From positions 192,001-256,000 of the forward strand of contig JBIJDH010000008.1 of NCBI GenBank assembly GCA_044344255.1: DNA of 64,000 nucleotides, written 5' to 3'. The translations under genes and the position numbers were made by a program. This stretch comes from Myxococcota bacterium (GTDB lineage Bacteria > Myxococcota_A > UBA796 > UBA2385). Position 1 is the first letter of the stretch. Each line of letters starts with the position of its first letter. Of this stretch, positions 56,531 to 64,000 are shown piece after piece. The notes below the pieces were generated by a model that searched no databases, was not told the DNA's origin, and worked only from the letters and a program-made list of their open reading frames with translations.

Positions 56531-58612
56531 TCACTCCTCCTCGACGCAGGCCCCCGCGAGGTCCATGTTCCAACCCGCGAAGGGCCGAGCCTGCTTGATG
56601 AAGAGCTGGGGCTCCCCCGGCACGTACTTGTCGTCGAACTTCCAGTCCACCTCGAGGGCGTACCAGTCCCCGTCGCCGCCATAGGCCTCCTGGAAGAAGC
56701 TGTGGATGGAGTCGAGCGCCACACCGAGCTCATAGGCCTCCTCGTTCGTGAGCACCGTCTCCCCCTCCGCGACGAGGGAGCTGTGCTGGATGTAGACGAT
56801 CGGCTGGCCCGGATAATAGAAGTAGTGGAGATAGGCGTCGGGGAGGAGGCCGAGCTCCGGGGTGACCACGTCCTCGCCGCCCACCTGCGCGTTGACATAG
56901 AAGGCAGGCTCGAGGCCGGAGGTGTCATAGGGGTTGTTGGTCAGCGCCACCCCGTTGGACTCCTCCTCCGGGAAATTCGGGTGGACGAGGAGGCCCATCC
57001 CGACGTCGAGGTGGTTCATCGAGTAATAGTCCCGCTCCTCATAGGCGCGGGGGTTCCAGACTTGGGACCACACCTTCTTCACCGCCCACTCGATGGAGTC
57101 CGAGCCGTCGCCTGCGATGTCGGGGTCACCCGTCTCGGAATTGTAGAGGCCGGCGCCGGTGAAGGCACCGAGGTCCTCTGAGTTTGTGCTGGAGCGGAAG
57201 CGGGCGTCCTCCCCCGGAAACATCTCCACGGCCTTGGCGCGGATGAGCTCGACCACCTCGGGGCGCATCGGCATGTCGCGGAGCTCGTCCTTGAAGTCCT
57301 CAAGGGCCTGGGTGCGATAATCGGGATCGGCCCACTCCGGGGAGGCCATCATCTCTTCGATGTGCACCCACAGCCCGTTGTCGGTCATGAACTGGTCGTA
57401 GTAGTACATCGGGATGGCGAAGCCCGGCTGCACCGGGATGGGCGACCCGAGCGCGGCGGCGTCCTCCAGGGCGCCATAGTTGGTGGCCTTGGCCCCGAAG
57501 ATCGGGATGGCGCCCGAGATCGCCTCGCCGAGCGGGAGGGCGTCGAGGTCGAGGATGTCGACGTTGTCGCGCAGGTCGGTGACGCTGAGGTCCATCGGCT
57601 GCACGACGAGGGGCTCGGGGCGGTGGTCCAACCACCAGGCCTCAGCCTCCTCGGCGCTGATCTCCTTGATCTCCCAGTCGAAGGCGCCCACGGTGAGCTC
57701 GACCCACTTGCCCTCGAGGGCCTGGAGCTCCGCCGCCGCCTGTGCGTCTCTCAGGGCCATGTTGGGCGTGCCCCGGTTGACGGACAGCACGTTGATGTGG
57801 GCGAGCGGCGTCTGGAACTGGGCGGTGATGATGCCGGCGACGATCGAGATGTCATTCGGGACCGCGTCGAGGACCACGACCTCCCGATAGGGCGTATAGC
57901 TGCCGTCCACCTCTTCGGCGGTGCGGAAGGAGAGGATGCCGGTGGTGGTGCCGAGGTTGAGCGGCTGATAATCCACTCCGGCGTAGAGCTCATCGGTGGA
58001 GACGAGCTTAACGTCGGCGGGGAGGTCGAGGGCCATCCGCTCCACCGCCTCGCTCGTGGGGTGGAAGCGCAGCTCCTCGCCCATCCAGGCGCTCGCGGCC
58101 ACCCGGCGATAGGCCGCGGCGACCATGTCGGCGCTCGCGGTGTCATAGGGGGATATCTCATAGACCCACAGCCCCGGCCCCTCGTAGCGGGAGACGGCGC
58201 CGAGGAGGAAGCGACGGTCCGGGCTGTAATACTCGGTGGTGTTGAAGGTTCCGAGGTCGGGGACGATGGGGAGGCCGTCCCCCGAGAGGTGGGTCGAGCA
58301 GAAATCCCAGTGGACACAGTACCGTTTCGAGTTCTGAAAATAGAGCGCGTCTCCGTCCAGGCGATCGATGACGGTCTTGACCGAGGTGGCGCCGGGGATG
58401 CTCGAGTCTGCGGGCTCGCTCGACAGGGCGAGGTAGTCTGCCTCACAGCCGAGCTGCTGGGCGAAGTCGGGATCGGCGCCCTCGGGGATGAGGCAGTCCC
58501 AGCCCGGGACGGCGCTGTCATCGGCGGGGGTGGAGCCGCCGCCCTTCGGGCCGGGCGGATCATCCCCACACGCAGAGACAGACAGCACAACCAGGATCGC
58601 GAGACGAGTCAT
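56531..58612 (-). CDS. Lipoprotein with PEP/pyruvate-binding (PPDK N-terminal, ATP-grasp) domain
   Basis: Lipobox VSAC, TPLAHINVL...RGTPN, FGAKATNY, PGFAIP, RFRSSTNSEDL..FTGAGLY, EVDWK, KQARP. GAGG RBS. Confidence 0.85.
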   Translation of the reverse strand: MTRLAILVVLSVSACGDDPPGPKGGGSTPADDSAVPGWDCLIPEGADPDFAQQLGCEADYLALSSEPADSSIPGATSVKTVIDRLDGDALYFQNSKRYCVHWDFCSTHLSGDGLPIVPDLGTFNTTEYYSPDRRFLLGAVSRYEGPGLWVYEISPYDTASADMVAAAYRRVAASAWMGEELRFHPTSEAVERMALDLPADVKLVSTDELYAGVDYQPLNLGTTTGILSFRTAEEVDGSYTPYREVVVLDAVPNDISIVAGIITAQFQTPLAHINVLSVNRGTPNMALRDAQAAAELQALEGKWVELTVGAFDWEIKEISAEEAEAWWLDHRPEPLVVQPMDLSVTDLRDNVDILDLDALPLGEAISGAIPIFGAKATNYGALEDAAALGSPIPVQPGFAIPMYYYDQFMTDNGLWVHIEEMMASPEWADPDYRTQALEDFKDELRDMPMRPEVVELIRAKAVEMFPGEDARFRSSTNSEDLGAFTGAGLYNSETGDPDIAGDGSDSIEWAVKKVWSQVWNPRAYEERDYYSMNHLDVGMGLLVHPNFPEEESNGVALTNNPYDTSGLEPAFYVNAQVGGEDVVTPELGLLPDAYLHYFYYPGQPIVYIQHSSLVAEGETVLTNEEAYELGVALDSIHSFFQEAYGGDGDWYALEVDWKFDDKYVPGEPQLFIKQARPFAGWNMDLAGACVEEE

Positions 58613-58778
58613 CCACACCTCGACCCCGGGCGAACGGACCAGGGCTCCGCTCCCAGTATGCCCCGGCAGGACCCAATATGCCTTGGCAGGCCGCCGCCCG
58701 AGCGCGATTTGAGGCCCCCGCGGCGACCTCGCGCGCCCCGGCTGGTTACCGGGCCGGCGCACGCCCCCGGGAGACCCG

Positions 58779-60104
58779 ATGTCCATCGCCCCCATCGACT
58801 GCGACCTGATCGTCCTCGGGCTGGGCACCGCCGGGGCGATGGCGGCCTTCGCCGGGGCCCGCGCCGGGCTCCGCGTGCGGGCCTTCGAGCGGCGGCCCCT
58901 CGAGTCGGCAGGCGCCCGCTGGGTGAACGCGCTGCCAGCCGCCTCTTTCGACGAGGCCCGCCTCCCGCGCCCCGAGGCGCCCGAGCTCCGCGCCCTCGGC
59001 CACCGCTTCCACATGAAGGCCGGCTGGACGGGCCCCTCCCTGCCCCTCTCCGCCGATGGGCTGCTGGAGGTCGACATGCGGCTGCTGGTCGCCCGCCTCC
59101 ATCACCTCGCCGTCGAAGCGGGGGCCCACCTCGCAGGCGGCGCGACGATCGAGGGCTGGCGCGTCGAGGAGGGCGCGGTCACGATCGACAGCCCCGAAGG
59201 GTCCATCCGAGGCCGCTTCCTCGTCGACGCGCGGGGCATGGTGCACGGAGAGGGGGCCGTCCCCCGGGAGCTCATCTGCGCGGCCGCCCATGAGATCCGC
59301 GCCCTGACCGACCGGGCCCGCGCCGAGGCCTGGTTCCGCAGCCACGGCGTCACCCCGGGGGAGACCCTCTGCTTCACCGGCGTCGAAGGTGGCTTCTCCG
59401 TGCTCAATGTCCGCCTGGAGCTGGACACCGCGGAGGCCCTCGTGGGCGCGGGATCCATCTCGATCCTCACGGGCTCGATCCCCGGCCAGGGCCACCCCTC
59501 GGGCCGCCAGATGCTCGACCGCTTCGTGGCCGAGCACAAGGACTGGATAGGCCCCCTCCACTTCGGCGGGGCCCGACCGATCCCGCTCGGCCTGCCCCAG
59601 GCCTGCCTCGCCGAGGGGCCGGTGGCCCGCATCGGCGACGCCGCAGGGCAGGTCTTCGCGATGCACGGCTCCGGCATCGGCGCCGGGCTCGTCGCCGCTG
59701 AGCTCCTCGCCACCACGCTCGCCCGCGGTGGTAGCCCCTGGGACTACAACGTCGCCTGGCAGCGCCGATACGGCGGCCTCTTCGCCGGCTCGGCCGTCTT
59801 CGCCGCCTGGAGCCGGGCCCTCCGCCCCGAAGACCTCGCGCGGCTCTTCGAGGCGGGCCTGATGAACCCCCACCTCGCGCGGATGGGGCTCCTCCAGCAG
59901 CCCGCCCGCCCGCGGCCGGCCGATCTCCCCGGCCTCGCCTTCGGCCTGCTGCGGGCCCCCGGGACCGCGGCGCGCCTCGCCCCCGCCCTGTTGGCGATGG
60001 AGCGACTCAACCTGCACGCCGGACGCTATCCGGGCGACCCCGCCGCGCTCCCGGCCTGGTCCGCCGCACGCGACCGCATCGCGGGCCTGCCAGCACAGGG
60101 ATAG
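58779..60104 (+). CDS. FAD-dependent oxidoreductase (geranylgeranyl reductase/lycopene cyclase-like)
   Basis: DLIVLGLGTAG, VDARG, IGDAAGQV..MHGSGIG. Confidence 0.85.
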   Translation: MSIAPIDCDLIVLGLGTAGAMAAFAGARAGLRVRAFERRPLESAGARWVNALPAASFDEARLPRPEAPELRALGHRFHMKAGWTGPSLPLSADGLLEVDMRLLVARLHHLAVEAGAHLAGGATIEGWRVEEGAVTIDSPEGSIRGRFLVDARGMVHGEGAVPRELICAAAHEIRALTDRARAEAWFRSHGVTPGETLCFTGVEGGFSVLNVRLELDTAEALVGAGSISILTGSIPGQGHPSGRQMLDRFVAEHKDWIGPLHFGGARPIPLGLPQACLAEGPVARIGDAAGQVFAMHGSGIGAGLVAAELLATTLARGGSPWDYNVAWQRRYGGLFAGSAVFAAWSRALRPEDLARLFEAGLMNPHLARMGLLQQPARPRPADLPGLAFGLLRAPGTAARLAPALLAMERLNLHAGRYPGDPAALPAWSAARDRIAGLPAQG

Positions 60105-60112
60105 ACCGCCCC

Positions 60113-60784
60113 ATGGCTACCAAAGTCCCCCCCATGCCCGATCGCGCCCTCCACCTCGCCGCCGAGGCCCTGCCGCTCTTCCCCTTGAGCGGAGTCGTCC
60201 TCCTGCCGAGCGCGGTGCTCCCATTGCACGTCTTCGAGCCCCGCTACCGCTCGCTCGTCGCCGATGTGATCGCCGCAGACGGCCTCTTCGCGATCCCACA
60301 GATCCGCCCGGACGACCTCGGGCTCGCCGATGGCACCCCCCGCCTGCTCTCGACCGCGGGCATGGGGCGCATCGTCCGCCACCAGATCTTGCCCGACGGG
60401 CGCAGCAACATCCTCGTGATGGGGCTGGCCCGCGTGAAGATCCTCGACGAGCACCCCGCCGACCGCGCCTACCGCGTCGCCCGCGCCGTGGTCCGCCCCG
60501 ACCTCTGCCCCCCCGAGGCCACGCTGCGGCGCCTCGTCGAGCAGGTGCGCTTCGCCGTGCACCGCGTCCTGCTCCGCCGCCTGCCCATCGGCCCCGAGCT
60601 CGTCGAGGCCGCCGCCCTCGACCAGGAGCCGGTGGCCCTGCTGCACACCGTCGCCAACCGCGCGCTCGGCGAGGCGGACTCCCGCCAGGCCTGGATCGAA
60701 GAGGACGACGTCCTCACGCGCGGTGAGCTGCTCCTCGGCGTGCTGACCGCGCTCGGCACCGAGACCACCGAGGCCGAGGCATGA
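60113..60784 (+). CDS. LON peptidase substrate-binding (N-terminal) domain protein
   Basis: LPLFPL..VVLLP...LPLHVFEPRYR, PDGRSNI. Confidence 0.88.
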   Translation: MATKVPPMPDRALHLAAEALPLFPLSGVVLLPSAVLPLHVFEPRYRSLVADVIAADGLFAIPQIRPDDLGLADGTPRLLSTAGMGRIVRHQILPDGRSNILVMGLARVKILDEHPADRAYRVARAVVRPDLCPPEATLRRLVEQVRFAVHRVLLRRLPIGPELVEAAALDQEPVALLHTVANRALGEADSRQAWIEEDDVLTRGELLLGVLTALGTETTEAEA

Positions 60785-61470
60785 GCGCGCCGCTCCTCCT
60801 CCTCGCACTGGGGGCGGCCCTCGCGGAGGGCCCGCCGGCCCCACCCGCCCCGCCACCCGAAGCAGCCCCTTCGACCGCGCCCGCCGCGGTCGAGGGCGCC
60901 TGCGCGGCGCCGCTCAGCGCCTACATCGAGGAGGTGCAGAAGGCCGGCAACCGCGTCGCCTACTTGTGCCTCGCCACTCGCGACGACGCCGGCGCGGCGC
61001 TGCTTCAGGCCATCGACGCCCTCCCCGCCGACGCCGTCGGCGACGAGCGGCTCCAGCGGGCCCTCGCCGTGCACCTGCTCCCGCGCCTCGACCGCGCCCT
61101 CACCGTCCCCGAGGTGCGCGCCCTCGGGGCCGCCGACCGCCGCCTCCTCGCCGACGGCGTCCACGCGCGCCGAGGTCGCCGCTCGCCCTCCCCGGAGCAC
61201 GAGCTGGTCTTCGGGCAGTTCGACTGGTACAGCCCGACCCCCTCCTTCAACAACGGGTCCCTGCAGCCGGTCGACCGCGAGAACATCAAGGCCCTCGACG
61301 ACCCGCCTCGCCCGCCCAAGCCGCCCAAGGAGGGCGGCGCCGCCGACGCCATCGCCGCCGACGGGACCGCCGGCGGCGCGCCCACCCCCTGCTCCTGCAC
61401 GACCGGAGGCGCCGCCGGCCTCGCCTGGCTCGGCCCCCTCCTCCTCCTGCTCGGGCTCCGACGCCGATGA
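60781..61470 (+). CDS. Secreted YARHG-like domain protein with MYXO-CTERM-like anchor
   Basis: Signal peptide. HARRGR...F.QFDWY.P...L..VDRENI. CSCTTGG...LLLLLGLRRR. Confidence 0.7.
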   Translation: MSAPLLLLALGAALAEGPPAPPAPPPEAAPSTAPAAVEGACAAPLSAYIEEVQKAGNRVAYLCLATRDDAGAALLQAIDALPADAVGDERLQRALAVHLLPRLDRALTVPEVRALGAADRRLLADGVHARRGRRSPSPEHELVFGQFDWYSPTPSFNNGSLQPVDRENIKALDDPPRPPKPPKEGGAADAIAADGTAGGAPTPCSCTTGGAAGLAWLGPLLLLLGLRRR

Positions 61471-62795
61471 GCGACGGCCCCACCGAGCGCCCTACCCTCG
61501 AGACCGACGTGCTCGTGGGGCCGCCCCGGCCAGGCCTGATCTTCACCTGGGGGCCCGGCCCCGTCCGCGCTGGCGACCGCGCGCTGCGCTTCGAGGTGGT
61601 GACGGAGGGCGCCGGGGTCGGCCTCCTCGGGTGCACCGTCGAGGCCACGCCCGCGCCGGGGGCCGATCCCGACATCCTCCAGCCGAGCCGCCGCGGGCCG
61701 CTCCAGCGCCTCGGGTGGTCCGGTGGGGCCCTCGTCCCGATCGGCGGCGTCGAGCCCGAGCTCCTCGCGGGCGCCCGCGCCTTCGTCGACTCCGCCCCGG
61801 GCCTCCTCGACGCCGCCCACCGCGTCGCCCTCTCGATCGGCGGCCCCAACCTCCTGCCCGCCCTGCGCGCCGGGGGATGGGGGCCCGGCCTCCTCCTGGC
61901 CCTCCATGACCTCGCCCCGCTCGAGCCCGAGCTCTTGCCCGAGCCCGGCGGCCTCTCCTGTCAGGTGGAGCCCCTCTTCTGTGTCAATCCGCGCTGCGAC
62001 TGCCAGGACGCCCTGCTCGAGTGGGGAGCCCTCCAGGTGAGCGCCGACTCCGCGCTGATCGGCACCGTCACCGTCGACCTGCGGCGCCGGGTGGTCACCC
62101 ACGTGGACGGCGCCGGCGCTCAGTCCCCGCGCCTCGAGCGCCTGTCCGCCGCCCTGCTCTCCGACCTCGGCGCCGTCGAGCGGCTCCGGCAGTGGCGCTC
62201 CCGGGCGCGCGCCGCGGTGCAGGCCGCCCTGTCCCCTCCCCTCCCGCCTCTCGCCGCGGGGCGAAACACGGCCTGTCCCTGTGGGAGCGGCAAAAAATAC
62301 AAGGTCTGTTGCCTCGGCAAGCCGGTCGCGCCGCCCTCCACCGTCGCGCGGATGGCCGCGGCGAGCCGCTCCCTCTCCGTCGCCCTCGGGCTGGACGGGA
62401 CGGAGAGCGCCCTCGACCGCGCCCGCGCCACCCTCAGCCCGCGGGCCCTCACCGCCCTGTCTGGGCTCGGTCCCGCTGAGCTCGACCTCGAGCGCCGCCT
62501 CCGGCTCCGCGTCGGCAGCCCCTTTGACCCCTACGAGGTCGATGAACAGGGGCAGATCACGGACCTGCTCAGCGGCCGGCCCGAGGCTGTCGAGGTGGAG
62601 TCGCCCGTCCGCCCCGGCACCGCCTTCCTCGCCCAGCGGATCGACCTCGACGGCGAGGTCACGCTCGAGGGCGTCGTGCCGGAGCTCGAGCTCACGCGCC
62701 TCTCGCCGCTGCTGGCCGCCCTCCGCGGCGCCTCCCGCCTCGGCCGACTGGCCCGCGGCCCCGCCCTGCTCGAGGCCCTCGGCGCCGCTGGCTGA
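61467..62795 (+). CDS. SEC-C metal-binding motif protein
   Basis: GRNTACPCGSGKKYKVCC plus an additional CVNPRCDC. ATGA overlap with the upstream stop. Confidence 0.75.
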   Translation: MSDGPTERPTLETDVLVGPPRPGLIFTWGPGPVRAGDRALRFEVVTEGAGVGLLGCTVEATPAPGADPDILQPSRRGPLQRLGWSGGALVPIGGVEPELLAGARAFVDSAPGLLDAAHRVALSIGGPNLLPALRAGGWGPGLLLALHDLAPLEPELLPEPGGLSCQVEPLFCVNPRCDCQDALLEWGALQVSADSALIGTVTVDLRRRVVTHVDGAGAQSPRLERLSAALLSDLGAVERLRQWRSRARAAVQAALSPPLPPLAAGRNTACPCGSGKKYKVCCLGKPVAPPSTVARMAAASRSLSVALGLDGTESALDRARATLSPRALTALSGLGPAELDLERRLRLRVGSPFDPYEVDEQGQITDLLSGRPEAVEVESPVRPGTAFLAQRIDLDGEVTLEGVVPELELTRLSPLLAALRGASRLGRLARGPALLEALGAAG

Positions 62796-62870
62796 AGGGT
62801 CGAAGAAGGGTTCGAGCGGCGGGGCCCCCGGGTACAGCTCTCGCACCTCACCCGACCGCGGAGCTCCCCC

Positions 62871-64000
62871 ATGTTCATCCCCTCGGCCCTCATCGCCCTC
62901 GCCCTGTCCGTGCCCTCCGCGAACGCGGCGACGAGCGGCTACGTGCCGCGCGCCGTCCTGCTCGACCTCGAGCCCGGCGTGCTGGACGCGGTCCGCGTGT
63001 CCGTCATTGTCCCCTCCAATGACGGCACGGTGGCCGAGGTCTCCGCCGAGGTGCAGTCCGACGGCGGCGCGGAGACGGTGGCGCTCACCGAGTCCGACAC
63101 CCGGCTCCACGGCGCCGCGCTCATCAAGGCCCTGCCCGCCAAGGAGGCCACCCTCTCCCTCACCGTCTACGATGTAGACAACGCGGTGCTCGCCTCCTTC
63201 ACCGCCACGCTCAGCGCGACCGGCGCCCTCACCCGCATGAAGCGCGCCGACTTCTGCGGCACCGGCGACCCGACGACGACCGCCGACCTCTCCGGCTGCT
63301 CGAGCGGTGACGCCGACATCGAGACCCTGACCGCCGAGCTCTTCCCGGCCGAGGGTGGCGGCTGGGACGTCGCCGTCGACCTCCACGGCGCCGACACCTA
63401 CGACATCGCCTACGCCGACGTCACGCTCACCGAAAGCGAGAAGACCACCACCACCGCAGAGGTGGGCTGGGACACGCTCGACGCGGTGTGGGAGGGCGCG
63501 CTCACCGTCGCGCACGAGGGCCTCATCGAGGTCAAGGCCAAGACCTATGACGCCGACGGCAAGAAGCTCGGCGCCGCCAAGGTCAAGCTCGGTAGCCCTT
63601 GGCAAGACGGCGGAGCCGGTGCCCCCACGCTCGCCACCGACGAAGACCCGCTCACCCGCGTCGCCCTGCTCAGCGACGAGGTCAACAACAACGGCACGAG
63701 GGGCTTCTTCGTCGTCTCCGACGGCTGGTCGGTCACCGACACCCTGCCGATCGACGCCGAGGTCGATCTGGAGGGCGGAGAGACCCTCACCCTCCCCGTC
63801 AACAGCTATCAGGTGGCGGCCCTCGCGGTGCCCTCTCTCAAGGTCGAGCTTGAGGCCATCGTCATCACCCACCTGAAGGTGAACATCAACGGCGGCACCC
63901 TCACGCTGGACGGCTCCTCGGCCCTCTCCCTTGCGTCCCTCTCCTCCCCGGTCTGTGCCAACGGCACCTGCGTGGCGCTCCGAGAGGACAGCCTCGGCGG
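62871..64000 (+). CDS. Secreted hypothetical protein, 3' end outside window (absent from ORF track)
   Basis: GGAG RBS. MFIPSALIALALSVPSANA signal peptide. Frame has genome-typical codon usage and appears open to the window end. Confidence 0.75.
   Translation, partial: MFIPSALIALALSVPSANAATSGYVPRAVLLDLEPGVLDAVRVSVIVPSNDGTVAEVSAEVQSDGGAETVALTESDTRLHGAALIKALPAKEATLSLTVYDVDNAVLASFTATLSATGALTRMKRADFCGTGDPTTTADLSGCSSGDADIETLTAELFPAEGGGWDVAVDLHGADTYDIAYADVTLTESEKTTTTAEVGWDTLDAVWEGALTVAHEGLIEVKAKTYDADGKKLGAAKVKLGSPWQDGGAGAPTLATDEDPLTRVALLSDEVNNNGTRGFFVVSDGWSVTDTLPIDAEVDLEGGETLTLPVNSYQVAALAVPSLKVELEAIVITHLKVNINGGTLTLDGSSALSLASLSSPVCANGTCVALREDSLG

Overview
A very GC-rich, gene-dense bacterial chromosomal segment. 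It is most likely from a Myxococcota-type organism, inferred from three MYXO-CTERM-like sorting tails, Asp/Cys-rich 'putative metal-binding' repeat lipoproteins, a DUF1552/DUF1592 pair and a eukaryotic-like Ser/Thr kinase. About 44 plausible CDSs are present, including htpG, tatA, hutI, a complete pstSCAB-phoU operon with a Pho-box-like site, rmlC/rfbC, an S46 peptidase, GH31 and clan GH-A hydrolases and a B12-binding radical SAM enzyme. The standout is an apparently complete retron locus at 48348-56515. Three translationally coupled genes (WGR + beta-propeller; WGR-like + HEAT/ARM; winged-helix + SWIM Zn finger) are followed by a ~250-nt msr/msd ncRNA, read directly from the sequence (perfect 18-bp a1/a2 inverted repeat, long msd hairpin), and a retron RT (NAxxH, YADD, VTG). 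It resembles the myxobacterial 'type XIII' retrons, whose effector mechanism I know of no demonstration for. It also has a coupled WGR-propeller gene, an RBS-occluding leader hairpin and a KKPWWKLF tail on the RT. No rRNA, tRNA, CRISPR array or transposase was seen. All family assignments come from motif recognition by eye, not database searches.
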